Assembly (NCBI GenBank): GCA_963786955.1
Contig: CAWBAT010000004.1
Coordinates: 736,001 to 800,000 of the forward strand
Direction of reading: 5' to 3'
Origin: an uncultured Acidimicrobiia bacterium
GTDB lineage: Bacteria; Acidobacteriota; Terriglobia; Versatilivoradales; Versatilivoraceae
Length of the DNA stretch: 64,000 nucleotides
Positions 20,562 to 30,900 of the stretch are shown here, in pieces. The position numbers and the translations under genes were made by a program. The number at the start of each line of letters is the position of its first letter. Within the stretch, counting starts at the first letter, position 1. The notes below the pieces were generated by a model that worked only from the letters and a program-made list of their open reading frames with translations, was not told where the DNA came from and made no database searches.

Positions 20562-21896
20562 TTATTTGAGAAATCGTTCCATGAAGTGCGTATCGATCTT
20601 TCCTTCCTGAAAATCGAGGTCTTGAATGATCCGCTGGTGGAGAGGAATGGTGGTTTGTATCCCTTCAATGATAAACATTTCCAAAGCACGTTCCATTTTT
20701 CGGATGGCCTCGGCCCGCGTATGGTCATGGACGACCAGCTTGGCAATGAGCGAATCATAATAAGGAGGGATTGTGCATTCTGCATAGGCCGCCGTTTCCA
20801 CCCGAACTCCAGTGCCACCGGGGACATGGAATGAGGTGATCTTCCCTGGTGAAGGCACCATCGTGAACGGATTTTCCGCGTTGATGCGGCATTCGATGCT
20901 ATGGCCGCGCAACTTGAGGTTTCCTTCATACCGCAAGGGCTCTCCGGCAGCCACCAGAATTTGGAGCTTAACAAGATCGATGCCAGTGACCATTTCCGTG
21001 ACGGGATGCTCTACCTGGATGCGGGTATTCATCTCCATAAAATAGAAATGGCCCTTCTCATCCATTAGAAATTCCATGGTTCCAGCGTTGGAATACCCGA
21101 TGTAGGAGAGCGCTTTTTCGATCCGGTCGCCCATTTCATGACGGACCGTCTCACTGATCGCCAGCGAAGGGGACTCTTCCAATAGTTTCTGATGGCGCCG
21201 TTGAATCGTGCATTCCCGTTCGCCAAAATGGATTACCCTGCCGTAATTGTCGCCGACCACCTGGAATTCGATATGACGGGGCCGCTCGAGATATTTTTCC
21301 AGATAGAGGTCCGGAACGCTAAAGGCAGACTGAGCCTCCTGTTGCGCCGTTGAAAAAGCCTTTTCCAATTCTTGCAGGCTTCTCACAATGCGCATTCCTC
21401 GCCCCCCTCCTCCGGCAGACGCTTTCAGAATGACAGGATACCCCACTTCATCCGCAAACTTCTCGGCTTGCTGGATGGAATGGATGACCCCATTGCTGCC
21501 AGGAAGAATCGCCAGCCCAGCCTTCTCCATGGTCGCCAACGCCCTCGACTTATCTCCCATCAGCCGAATGACATTGGAGGAAGGTCCGATAAACTTAATA
21601 TGGCAGGTTTCACAAACTTCAGCGAAATAGGCATTCTCGGAGAGAAAGCCGTAGCCCGGATGTATGGCATCGACATTCGTGATCTCAGCGGCGCTGATGA
21701 CACTGGGTATCTTAAGGTAGCTCTCCCGGCTTCTAGGCGGGCCAATACAGACAGCCTCGTCAGCAAAGCGGACGTGTAAAGAGTTCCGATCCGCCTCGGA
21801 GAATACGGCCACCGTCTTGATGCCGAGTTCCTTACAGGCGCAAATGATCCGCAGAGCGATCTCGCCCCGATTTGCGACAAGGATTTTTTTGAACAT
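20562..21896 (-). CDS. accC: Acetyl-CoA carboxylase biotin carboxylase subunit
   Basis: [38 protein letters not shown] and YYDSLIAK. Confidence 0.97.
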   Translation of the reverse strand: MFKKILVANRGEIALRIICACKELGIKTVAVFSEADRNSLHVRFADEAVCIGPPRSRESYLKIPSVISAAEITNVDAIHPGYGFLSENAYFAEVCETCHIKFIGPSSNVIRLMGDKSRALATMEKAGLAILPGSNGVIHSIQQAEKFADEVGYPVILKASAGGGGRGMRIVRSLQELEKAFSTAQQEAQSAFSVPDLYLEKYLERPRHIEFQVVGDNYGRVIHFGERECTIQRRHQKLLEESPSLAISETVRHEMGDRIEKALSYIGYSNAGTMEFLMDEKGHFYFMEMNTRIQVEHPVTEMVTGIDLVKLQILVAAGEPLRYEGNLKLRGHSIECRINAENPFTMVPSPGKITSFHVPGGTGVRVETAAYAECTIPPYYDSLIAKLVVHDHTRAEAIRKMERALEMFIIEGIQTTIPLHQRIIQDLDFQEGKIDTHFMERFLK

Positions 21897-21923
21897 GGAT
21901 GAAGAGAAATAATCCGTTAAAGG

Positions 21924-22409
21924 TCAGCTTTTTCTTGAAGCGCGAATCCCGAACATTGCTTGACCGAACTCGACTGATTCGGCATTTTCGACGTAGATCT
22001 TGACAATTTCTCCAGAAACTTCCGCTTCGATCTCATTCATCAACTTCATCGCCTCAATAATGCAGAGAACGCGGCCAGGTTCAACGGAGTCCCCTATTTT
22101 CACGAAAACGTCTGAATCCGGTTTGGGAGCGCGATAAAAAGTGCCAACGATCGGAGATCGGACGATGGTCAAATCCTCTTCCCCGCTTCCTGGAGGCGCA
22201 ACTGGAGGAAGGATTTCGGTTTGGACGGATGGCGCCGCGGCCACAACCGGAGCAATGGGCTGCGAACTGGCTGGAGGATAAGTATGGCCAACGACCGGGT
22301 TGGAATCCTTTCGGATTCTCACTCTTACGCCTGCCCGCTCAATCTCCAATTCGTTGATTCCAGATTGTGAGAAAGCATCAATGAGTTCTTTAATCTCTTT
22401 TATGTTCAT
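21924..22409 (-). CDS. accB: Biotin carboxyl carrier protein
   Basis: SPIVGTFY and the biotinylation motif [10 protein letters not shown]. Confidence 0.97.
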   Translation of the reverse strand: MNIKEIKELIDAFSQSGINELEIERAGVRVRIRKDSNPVVGHTYPPASSQPIAPVVAAAPSVQTEILPPVAPPGSGEEDLTIVRSPIVGTFYRAPKPDSDVFVKIGDSVEPGRVLCIIEAMKLMNEIEAEVSGEIVKIYVENAESVEFGQAMFGIRASRKS

Positions 22410-22507
22410 GAGTTCTCAAATCCCTTTTGACACTCACAAACCAAAGCAGTTCTGGTGTCGGTTCGACTTGAGGTAGGCTTCCGTTCAGGGGGCCACAACA
22501 AGGCGCC

Positions 22508-22536
22508 AGTATAGACATTCCAGGGGGAAATTACAA
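22508..22536 (-). promoter_or_regulatory. Putative sigma-70 promoter upstream of accB
   Basis: Minus strand TTGTAA-N17-TATACT. Confidence 0.45.
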
Positions 22537-22568
22537 ACTCTTTGCTGAACAGGGGGGTCTGGGTGTCT

Positions 22569-22928
22569 CTAGAAGACAAACTCTTTGGCGAGTAAATACT
22601 TGGCTTTCTTGAGTTCGAAGCGGGCTCTGCCGATGTTGCCGTCTCTGGCAAGTAGCAGGAGCAGGAAGTAGTCAGGGGTGATCATTCGAATGGTGATGAC
22701 CCGATCTTCTGTCGTTAGAATGTATTCCTCAAGCATTCCCAGGCCGACTTCCTGCGCTGAGGAAGAGGAGAGACGAAGCGCGGAAGTGTATTCGGCAGCC
22801 AGCGATTCCACATTGATGGTCTCATCCAAAATCCGCTTCTCAATGGCAATGCCATCCATCCCCATGATGACGGCAGCCAGTGTCCCTTCAACCTTATTCA
22901 CAATCGAATCCAGCAGTTCGGAAAACAT
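22569..22928 (-). CDS. Roadblock/LC7 (MglB-like) domain protein
   Basis: 119 aa with AAVIMGMDGIAI and GNIGRARFELKK, typical of roadblock proteins. Confidence 0.85.
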   Translation of the reverse strand: MFSELLDSIVNKVEGTLAAVIMGMDGIAIEKRILDETINVESLAAEYTSALRLSSSSAQEVGLGMLEEYILTTEDRVITIRMITPDYFLLLLLARDGNIGRARFELKKAKYLLAKEFVF

Positions 22929-22949
22929 TGCCCTTTGGTTCCTCGGCGT

Positions 22950-25900
22950 CTAGAGAATTTTGGGTGACAGGAAGAAGATGAGTTCTTGCGTCTGCTTGTT
23001 CACAGACTTTTCCTTGAATAGGTATCCAATCACAGGAAGGCTACCAAAGCCAGGAACTTGTCTTACATTGGTTTGCTCGTTATCGATCATAACGCCGCCA
23101 ACAACCACAGTTCCTCCATTTGAAACGAGAACGGTGGTCTTAGTCTGCTGCGTGTTGACCGTTGGTACCCCTTGGACTTGTCGCGAGAAGTCTGGTGTGG
23201 AGTTTTCGATGTCCACCTTCATAATAATGGTCCCCTCATCGGTGATCTGGGGGGTCACTGTCAGTTTGAGGGCAAAATCAAAAAACTGCACGGACACCGT
23301 GTTATTGATGGTGGTCTGAACGGGGATTTTCACGCCCTGCTGGACAGAACCTTCGATGTTATCCTGGGTGATGATTTTGGGTTTTGAGAGTAATTTGGCG
23401 GAACCGTGTCGTTCGGCCGCTGTAATAATCGTATCGAGCAAGAATTTGTCCGTAATCCCGGCAAAGAAGGCCACCCCGCTAGTCGCGGCAACAGCTCCAA
23501 GATTGCTGAGCAATGGGATGGAATTCTGGGCACCGCCCGATTGACCTTGGCCAATCGATACACTTGGGGGAGGTTCGCGCCGGAAAGGGTTTCCGGGTAC
23601 TGCACCAGAAACGACATTTTTATCCCCATTCCCATAGATGGCTCCAATCTGAACACCAATATCACGCAAAAAATCACGCGTAGTGGCGATTACCCTGGCT
23701 TCAATTTCGACTTGCTTGATTTTCCTGTCCAGCTGTTTAATCAGGCTATCGACTCTTGGAAACGTCTGAGGGATGTCCGTTATGATCATGGAGTTCGTTC
23801 GGGGATCCACAATGATATCGCCGCGAGCTGACAACACCTTCTTGATAATGGCACTCAAATCGGCGGCTTTTGCATAACTCAGGATACGGGTCTCCGTCTG
23901 TAGCTCAGCAGCCACAACTCTTGCATCGGACAATCTTTTGCGCTGTGTTTCTTCCAGCTCAAGTGAATTATTGGCTGCGATTCGGAGCACATTCCCATCC
24001 AGTTGTTTTCCCAGGCCGTTATTCTTTAAGACCACGTCAAGTGCCTGATCCCACGGGACATCATTGAGGAAGATGGTAAGGGATCCTTTGACATCCGGAT
24101 CCAGAACAATATTCAGACCACTGATTTCGCCAATTAAGCGGAAAAAGTCCTTCAGATCCGCATCCTTCAACTCCAAAGAAATTAAGTCACCGGAATACTT
24201 TGGAACAACGGTCGGGGTCGGTGCTGAGATGACTTGGCCTGTCACTGTCTGTACAGGAAGAGGCATGGGACCGACGGGATTCGCGACAGGCGCCTGCACG
24301 GCTGCCGGAGTCGGCGCAGGGGTTGTCACGGGCACAGGAGGCTCCGCGTTCTGAAGCATAGCAACCGTTTGTGGTTGAATCGTGGAGGCGGGAAGATCCT
24401 GTTTCACGGTTACGGGGCGTACAACTTCAGGCTGCTTTTCCACAACTGGGGCGGATTGGAGGTTCGCGACAACCACAAGATCTTGCTTTGACGGGGCGGG
24501 CTGTCTATTTTCCGCATGTTGCTCCACGACCGGTTCGGACTGAGGTTTCGCAGAGTGCGTGTTTTGCTCCAGGTTTGTTTTAATAACGCTCTCCTCCGGC
24601 TTCAACGCAGCAACTTCCGACGCCTGAGTGTTGTTCACAGCCGGTGTCCGATCGTTACTCGCTGGTGTGGGATCTGCCACTGCCGCTAATTGGAGAGGGG
24701 AGGGAGGAGAAACCGGCTCAGCGACTTGTGTTTGAGCCTGCGCGAGCTCTGGAGTTTTAAACACCGAAGAGGCTTTAGCTTCATCGGATAACCCGGTCGT
24801 AGCGACCATCGTCGTGAGAGGGACTGGAGCGGATCCGTGGTTCCCGCTTCCTTGCACTGATTCGGGTGAAGGCGTTACGGCCGGAAGCAAGGGTGCAGGA
24901 TCGGGCTCGCGAGGCGGCACTGCTTCGATGATTTGTGGCTGAGAATCCAGAAGAGCCAAATCTGTTTTCAGGTTTCTGGGCTCAATTTCCGCTAGGCTAA
25001 TAGGTCCTTCCAGCACCGCAGCCGGTGACGCTAAAGGCTCCGGCAAGACGACTTTCTGTACTCCTACAAAATGCATTGTGTCAATCGCCTTGCTACTGTC
25101 AGCCCATTGCCCGTTCGGCACGAGAATTCCAGTGTCCGGGAGCTGAGTTTCCAGGCTTGCCAGTGCTTCGCTCTCAGATTGTTTCGTACCAGGCGCAGAA
25201 GGCTGTCCTGCCGAGGCCACCGTTGCCTGTTTATGAAATCGAATAACGAGGCCGCTGTCGGACGCTTCAATCGTATAAGGGTTCTTTCGAGAGACATCAA
25301 ATACGCAACGCACCAATTTGCCCTGTTGGGACTCGCCGTAGCCGAATCGGATCTTCTGAATGAGATCCGTTCGCAGCCGAAGAGATTGATGAGACACTTT
25401 AAATTCTGACCCTTCCACATCCACGACGATCCGATTGGGAGAATCGAGTTCGAAGTACTTGAACTCCGGTTTGGTTGTTGTTCGAAGGCTCAACGTCAAT
25501 TCCTGGTCATCTTCCAAAATACTCACATCCCGGGCCACGGCCTTCAGATCCTGGGAGGGAGAAGAATTTTCTTTGCTGGACTTAGCGGAAACCGATCCCG
25601 CTAATGGCGTCGCGGGGAGAGACGGTCGTAGAGAAGTCAGCACGAGACGAAGTTTCCCACGGTCAGCTTGGAGCGAGTATTGGATCGCGCGGGCCAGGTT
25701 AAATTCGATTCTCACCATCGGCTTCTGCCCTTCGCCGATCAGTGTCACGTTGGCAAAATCCACTTGTGCGGTCTTGAAATCGACAAAATTCCTTTCCAGC
25801 GAAGACTCCGCACTCAAGACATCCAGGATGAATAATCGTGGATTCGGGTAGTAGGAAGTATAGTCAAAAGCACGATCGGCAAGGATTTCGATGGTGGTCT

Positions 25901-26045
25901 GGTTGGTGTTTTCGGAAAATGTCAGGGCCTTTAAATGAGCAACCGCGCGTTCGCTACCGGCAGACTGCCCCCAAAAGGGTTGTGAACGAAAACCCAACAA
26001 TAACAATATGAGTAATAGCTGTCTAGGCAGTGATTTACTTCGCAT
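22950..26045 (-). CDS. pilQ: Type IV pilus secretin PilQ with N-terminal AMIN domains
   Basis: AMIN motifs NPRLFILDV and SPNRIVVDV; YSGDLISL..DADLKDFFR; VPWDQALD; QVEIEAR; secretin C-terminus VPGFGSLPVIGYLF..ELIFFLSPKI. The likely start is MRSKSL at 26045. Confidence 0.93.
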   Translation of the reverse strand: MRSKSLPRQLLLILLLLGFRSQPFWGQSAGSERAVAHLKALTFSENTNQTTIEILADRAFDYTSYYPNPRLFILDVLSAESSLERNFVDFKTAQVDFANVTLIGEGQKPMVRIEFNLARAIQYSLQADRGKLRLVLTSLRPSLPATPLAGSVSAKSSKENSSPSQDLKAVARDVSILEDDQELTLSLRTTTKPEFKYFELDSPNRIVVDVEGSEFKVSHQSLRLRTDLIQKIRFGYGESQQGKLVRCVFDVSRKNPYTIEASDSGLVIRFHKQATVASAGQPSAPGTKQSESEALASLETQLPDTGILVPNGQWADSSKAIDTMHFVGVQKVVLPEPLASPAAVLEGPISLAEIEPRNLKTDLALLDSQPQIIEAVPPREPDPAPLLPAVTPSPESVQGSGNHGSAPVPLTTMVATTGLSDEAKASSVFKTPELAQAQTQVAEPVSPPSPLQLAAVADPTPASNDRTPAVNNTQASEVAALKPEESVIKTNLEQNTHSAKPQSEPVVEQHAENRQPAPSKQDLVVVANLQSAPVVEKQPEVVRPVTVKQDLPASTIQPQTVAMLQNAEPPVPVTTPAPTPAAVQAPVANPVGPMPLPVQTVTGQVISAPTPTVVPKYSGDLISLELKDADLKDFFRLIGEISGLNIVLDPDVKGSLTIFLNDVPWDQALDVVLKNNGLGKQLDGNVLRIAANNSLELEETQRKRLSDARVVAAELQTETRILSYAKAADLSAIIKKVLSARGDIIVDPRTNSMIITDIPQTFPRVDSLIKQLDRKIKQVEIEARVIATTRDFLRDIGVQIGAIYGNGDKNVVSGAVPGNPFRREPPPSVSIGQGQSGGAQNSIPLLSNLGAVAATSGVAFFAGITDKFLLDTIITAAERHGSAKLLSKPKIITQDNIEGSVQQGVKIPVQTTINNTVSVQFFDFALKLTVTPQITDEGTIIMKVDIENSTPDFSRQVQGVPTVNTQQTKTTVLVSNGGTVVVGGVMIDNEQTNVRQVPGFGSLPVIGYLFKEKSVNKQTQELIFFLSPKIL

Positions 26046-26580
26046 CTGTTCCTTCTCCTCGAGTCGGGTATAGCTTTTTGACGATCTGCTGGGTGACCTT
26101 CTTGCCATGGCTGTCCGTAAGATATTGGTTCATAATCACCGTATCATTTCGGATTTCGACCACCTTGCCGTCATAGAGATCATCGTTAAGATGGATGAAA
26201 AAGGTCTTGCCATGAAAGCCGGTGGACAGGGCCGTATAGACGCCTTTTTTTTTCACAATACCGACCAGGGTAATTTCCGAAACCAGCTGCCCCTTAAGCC
26301 CGGGTGGACGAACAATGGGAACACTGGCTGCTTGCACCGACGCCACTACATCCAAATTCCGAAAAGGATCACGTCTCCCTTTTGCTTCATATTTGTAATT
26401 CATTGAAGGGGCTTCTTGTGCCGCAGGAGCCGGGACTGGCGCTGCGGAGACAGCCGGTGAAGGGCCGGCTTCCTTGACACTTTTAGACGACGGTTCAGAG
26501 TGTTGGGCCTGGGCGAACGGGCTGATCCAGAGGAAAACCACCCATACCATCAGACTGAGACGTAAATTCTTTCCGTTCAT
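26035..26580 (-). CDS. pilP: PilP-like pilus assembly protein
   Basis: Position between pilO and pilQ, YEAKGRRDPF motif, and a LVGIV..DGKVVEI beta domain. Confidence 0.75.
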   Translation of the reverse strand: MNGKNLRLSLMVWVVFLWISPFAQAQHSEPSSKSVKEAGPSPAVSAAPVPAPAAQEAPSMNYKYEAKGRRDPFRNLDVVASVQAASVPIVRPPGLKGQLVSEITLVGIVKKKGVYTALSTGFHGKTFFIHLNDDLYDGKVVEIRNDTVIMNQYLTDSHGKKVTQQIVKKLYPTRGEGTDAK

Positions 26581-27194
26581 TTCTTCACTTTGGGAGCCAA
26601 CTTTTGAGCCCCGTCTCCAATATCTCTTTCTTCGTTGTAAACAAACGTTGTCGCTAAGCAGGTTGCCGTAATCGTTTGATTCGGCAGCTGTTTTTTGTTT
26701 TCATTGATCTTCACATCGGAAACATTCACGATTCGCGAAAACTTGCTTAACTTGTCAAAAAATACGCCCAGGCTGTGATAACTCCCTTCCACCTCAATGT
26801 TAATGGGCCACTCTGAAAAAAAATCTTTCTGCGCCACTGGAAGCGGTTGGAATTTCTTGATCACGAGATTCGATGCAACCGCACTTTCTTGAACTTGCCG
26901 GAGTAACTGGTCCGTCTGCTTGGCTTCGGGCAAGATGATTTTGAGAGTAGAGAGCTTGTTGAGCAGTTGTTTGTTCTGGGTCAAAAACTCCTGGTGTTTC
27001 TGCTCTACCGCCTGACCCTTCTGTATATCTACTTTCAGACCATCCAGCTGTCCCTCTTTAATCTTGATTTGCTGGTCGAGCCCCGAGATAAAGAAATACC
27101 AACCCATGCCCGCAATGATAATCCCAAAGATCGAGAATATGCCGAGTTGGGTATACCAGGGAATGTTGTTAAATCTTTTAAGGTCGAAGTCCAT
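26577..27194 (-). CDS. pilO: Type IV pilus assembly protein PilO
   Basis: N-terminal TM, coiled coil, ILP...LL, and EWPINIEVEGSYHSLGVFFD..SRIVNV. Confidence 0.9.
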   Translation of the reverse strand: MDFDLKRFNNIPWYTQLGIFSIFGIIIAGMGWYFFISGLDQQIKIKEGQLDGLKVDIQKGQAVEQKHQEFLTQNKQLLNKLSTLKIILPEAKQTDQLLRQVQESAVASNLVIKKFQPLPVAQKDFFSEWPINIEVEGSYHSLGVFFDKLSKFSRIVNVSDVKINENKKQLPNQTITATCLATTFVYNEERDIGDGAQKLAPKVKK

Positions 27195-27221
27195 GATGCC
27201 CCAAATTCATGAGTTCAGAAT

Positions 27222-27809
27222 TCAAGAAGTGGCTGGCAAGCTTCCGGCCATCAAGTCGCCTTCAAACGTAATCGAAAAAGTATAATGGCGATTGTCTTCC
27301 AAGAGGTTAACCAAGTTCACATTTCTAAAATTACCTACCCGGACCAAGTTAGTCATGAAGTCCGCGATGTTATCCGGAGACCCTACGGCCGTGCCATTGA
27401 TCGTAATCGTGTTGTCTTTCTGAGTTAATTCTCTTAACCAGACTCCCTCCGATTGCTGGATACAATCGCTGAGGACATCCAGCACCCGAACGGGCCCGGA
27501 CTGATTTTTTTTCAAAGATTCGATCACATTGATGCGGGTTTCCAATAATTTGCGGCGTTTTTCGAAGGCTTCATTTTCCTTCAGCAACCCTTCCTGGCGA
27601 ACTTTTTCCTTTTTCGCCTGGACGATTTGCCGGCTAACGTCTTCTTCCTGTTTGACCAATGCCCGCTCCCAGAAAAAGACAATCCCGACGGAAATCACCA
27701 CCACGGATATAGCCATGATCAACTGAATGGCCTGGTTGGAAGCCGAGCGAATCTTTTTCGCTTTAACGGCTTTGACTTTTCCCCTGCCCAACAAGTTGAT
27801 GCGAATCAT
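27222..27809 (-). CDS. pilN: Type IV pilus assembly protein PilN
   Basis: The MIRINLL N-terminal motif, a TM helix, a coiled coil and GVWL. Confidence 0.92.
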   Translation of the reverse strand: MIRINLLGRGKVKAVKAKKIRSASNQAIQLIMAISVVVISVGIVFFWERALVKQEEDVSRQIVQAKKEKVRQEGLLKENEAFEKRRKLLETRINVIESLKKNQSGPVRVLDVLSDCIQQSEGVWLRELTQKDNTITINGTAVGSPDNIADFMTNLVRVGNFRNVNLVNLLEDNRHYTFSITFEGDLMAGSLPATS

Positions 27810-28861
27810 TAGTGAACAAAGCTCCTTAGCGCAAGTCCAACAGCCACCGCCATACTGGGAGAAATCTCATCGAGATAACTCATATCGATTCCCTTGCCGA
27901 TGGCAATATTTTTGAACGGATCGAGCAATTCGACTGGCACGTTGAGCCGGCTTTGAACCATTTCCACAAAGCCGGAAACCTTGGCGCAGCCTCCGCTGAG
28001 ATAGACCCGCTGTAGTTGTTCCCCCACGGTTGTCGCCCGAAAGAAATCAAAGGTCTTTTGAATCTCGAGGAGAAGGACCTCCGAGACCGACTCAATCATC
28101 AAGGCGACGTTCGCACTCAGAACTCCCTCAATGGATTTTCCCTTCTTGACCTCCTCAGCCTCTTCAAAACTCAAGTTCATTTCTTTTTGGAGGGCGTCGG
28201 TGAATTGATTTCCACCCACTGAAACATCTCGAGAGAACAGCGGCGTGCCCCCTTTTGTGACCACGATGTTCATAATGCTGGCGCCGATATTCAGTAACGC
28301 AATCGTCGCATTGGGCGCCGGGTGGTAATTCGCTTCAAAGGCATTTTGAACTGCAAAAGCATCGATGTCGACCACGAGCGGAACCTTCCCGGCCTGCGTG
28401 ATGACGTTGGTGTGGTTGAGAATCTTGTCCTTCTTGACAGCGACAAGCAAAACGTCCGTTGTGGATGAGGAACCCTGTGCATCCATCACTTGGTAATCCA
28501 GATTGACGTCGGCAATGTCAAATGGAATGTGCTGCTCCGCTTCCCATTGGATGGACTCTTCCATCTCCTCTTCCGTCATGGCGGGCAGAGAGATCTTCTT
28601 GACAATCACCGAGTGGCCTGAAACCGAAGTGGCTACAGTCCTGGTTTTGATTTTCTTATCCACGAAAATTTTGGTGATGGAGTCCGAAACCGATAGGGCA
28701 TCCATGATCGCACCATCGACAACCGTATCCGATGCCAGTGGCTCAAGCCCCGCATGCAGCAGTTCGTAACCGCTTTTCACCTTGCGCAGTTCAACCGCTT
28801 TCACTGAACTCGACCCGATGTCCAACCCTACGAGTGGTTTCTGTCTGGAAAAAAGTTGCAC
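27809..28861 (-). CDS. pilM: Type IV pilus assembly protein PilM
   Basis: Actin-like VGLDIGSSSVKAVEL, YLSGGCAK and AVAVGLALR. Confidence 0.95.
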   Translation of the reverse strand: MQLFSRQKPLVGLDIGSSSVKAVELRKVKSGYELLHAGLEPLASDTVVDGAIMDALSVSDSITKIFVDKKIKTRTVATSVSGHSVIVKKISLPAMTEEEMEESIQWEAEQHIPFDIADVNLDYQVMDAQGSSSTTDVLLVAVKKDKILNHTNVITQAGKVPLVVDIDAFAVQNAFEANYHPAPNATIALLNIGASIMNIVVTKGGTPLFSRDVSVGGNQFTDALQKEMNLSFEEAEEVKKGKSIEGVLSANVALMIESVSEVLLLEIQKTFDFFRATTVGEQLQRVYLSGGCAKVSGFVEMVQSRLNVPVELLDPFKNIAIGKGIDMSYLDEISPSMAVAVGLALRSFVH

Positions 28862-28914
28862 GCGCTTACACCTAACACCTTGAGATCAAAACTACTTTAT
28901 CGAAACTCGTGGCC

Positions 28915-29118
28915 TCAAACTTTACTCCGCTCAAAAGTGAATTTCTTGCTTTTGAGTTCCATCCATTCGTCGAGAACTGTTTTCTTAAAACGCCAGCGAT
29001 TTCCTAGCTTGAAAGCAGGTATTCGATCCATGGATACATATTTGTAAAGAGTGTCCGGGGTAATACCTAAATACTGGGAGGCCTCCCGGACGTTCATGAC
29101 TTCTTTATGTTGGGCCAT
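28915..29118 (-). CDS. Small excisionase-type (HTH_17) DNA-binding protein
   Basis: VMNVREASQYLGITPDTLYKYV..IPAFKLGNRWRFKK. An AAGGA RBS precedes the ATG at 29118. Confidence 0.88.
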   Translation of the reverse strand: MAQHKEVMNVREASQYLGITPDTLYKYVSMDRIPAFKLGNRWRFKKTVLDEWMELKSKKFTFERSKV

Positions 29119-29449
29119 ATCCTTATCCCCAAACTCCGGATTTGTCCCCTTTATCGGCAAACTTTTTCAGGACATTAGTATACATATATTAGATTGTCAA
29201 CCCACTTATTTGGGGTATCTTACCGTTTTCTTGGATCAAGCTCCCGTGCACTGGATCTGCAACCAGTGACTGATTTGCTGCAAATCATTTCAAGGAAAGC
29301 TGCGGGATGCGGTTCCCCGGATGGGCCTCGCGATGACCTTTTCACAGCCCGATAGAATGCTCTGTGGTATCCGATGGAGAAGGTTTTTCTGTTTGACAGA
29401 TGCTACGGGTGGATTGTAAGTTCACTTTTCCTTCTTTGAGGATTTTAAA

Positions 29450-30862
29450 ATGCGAAAAAAATCAGTACCGAGCGGAAACACCCAGATCAAGTTATCCCCT
29501 GGCAGATTTCAGGCGGCGAATCACGCAAGCTCGCCCCTCGTCATTTTTCGGGGGGTCCTTGAAGACCCAATCGTGGCTCACTTTTTAGAGTTACTGAGGT
29601 TGCTCGAAAAGGATGGGAAATGGAGCCCGAAGAGAATCAGGAAGATTGGGGAATCTTACGCTGGATTCTTCTCTGGACTCGCACGCTTGTCACAGGACAG
29701 CCTAGAACCAACCATGGGAACAGTCTGGCAAGATCATCTGCTCAATCTGATCCTGGACAATGAGAACCCATTCAGCCAATCAGCCGCCAAAAATTGTAAA
29801 CTCGAAGAGCAGGGCTCTTTAACGCAGCAGGTTAGATTGGACTTGCGAAAACTCCGGGAGCTTTATCAGCTTAATTCGGAACAACTCTTGAGCCATCTTC
29901 GTGCGATGCCCGCCAAAATGGAATGGGTTCAATGGGACAAGTTCTCAGCGGTCGAGGGAAAGGGAGCCTCAGACGCTTCGCGACAGTTCATTAAAAAGGA
30001 ATTCCATACCCATGAGGATTGGGAAAGTCTCGTGGAACCGCTCCGAGATTATTACCTTCACTCAGGCGTCGGGATTTTTGGCCGATTTCGGGCATTTCAC
30101 TGGAAGCGAACTCCCAAGGGTGGAGTCATCCTTCCCATCCCAGAGCCGGATCCTATTTGCTTTGCGGATCTCATTGGATATGATGATCAGAAGCAACTGC
30201 TCCTTCAGAACACTGCCTTCTTCCTATCCGGCTACCCCGCCAATAATGTCTTCATTTACGGGGATCGCGGGACAGGGAAATCCTCTGCGATCAAAGCTCT
30301 TCTGCACCAATACCCGGACCGACCGTTGAGAATGCTGGAGATTTCCCGCGAGGATCTCTTCGACCTTCCGGACGTCATGAACACCTTGCGAGCCAGACCT
30401 GAGTTTTTCGTGGTCTTCATTGACGACCTGTCTTTTGAAGAAGGAGAGACCCAATATAAGACCTTAAAGGCTGTCCTCGAAGGCGGTCTCGAAGCCCGCC
30501 CTAGAAATGTTGTTGTCTATGCCACTTCAAATCGGCGACATTTGATCAAGGAGAGCTTCTCCGACCGGAGACTGGAAAGCGATGGGGAAATCCGATCTCA
30601 AGACACGCTGCAAGAAAAAGTGTCTCTGTCCGATCGTTTTGGAATCCAATTGGTTTTTGTCGCGCCGGACCAGGATGAGTTTCTGCACATTGTTCGATCC
30701 ATGGCTCAGCGCCGACAGCTTCCTATTGCCGAAGATGTTCTAAAGCGTAAAGCTCTCCTCTGGGTGCAGCGCCATAATACACGCTGTGGGCGAACAGCCC
30801 GGCAGTTTGTGGACTACTTGGAAGGGGAGATGGGAACGGCGACAATTCAGGGAAATCCCTGA
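29450..30862 (+). CDS. DUF815 family AAA+ ATPase
   Basis: PANNVFIYGDRGTGKSS, FIDDLSFEE, YATSNRRHL and EKVSLSDRFG. Confidence 0.9.
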   Translation: MRKKSVPSGNTQIKLSPGRFQAANHASSPLVIFRGVLEDPIVAHFLELLRLLEKDGKWSPKRIRKIGESYAGFFSGLARLSQDSLEPTMGTVWQDHLLNLILDNENPFSQSAAKNCKLEEQGSLTQQVRLDLRKLRELYQLNSEQLLSHLRAMPAKMEWVQWDKFSAVEGKGASDASRQFIKKEFHTHEDWESLVEPLRDYYLHSGVGIFGRFRAFHWKRTPKGGVILPIPEPDPICFADLIGYDDQKQLLLQNTAFFLSGYPANNVFIYGDRGTGKSSAIKALLHQYPDRPLRMLEISREDLFDLPDVMNTLRARPEFFVVFIDDLSFEEGETQYKTLKAVLEGGLEARPRNVVVYATSNRRHLIKESFSDRRLESDGEIRSQDTLQEKVSLSDRFGIQLVFVAPDQDEFLHIVRSMAQRRQLPIAEDVLKRKALLWVQRHNTRCGRTARQFVDYLEGEMGTATIQGNP

Positions 30863-30900
30863 TTGCAGCAGCCGGTTTTTGGCGAGGCGGTTCCCCCGAC

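Noticed and set aside
28915-29118. Prophage or ICE excisionase
   Set aside because: No integrase or phage genes lie nearby, and the gene heads the pil operon.
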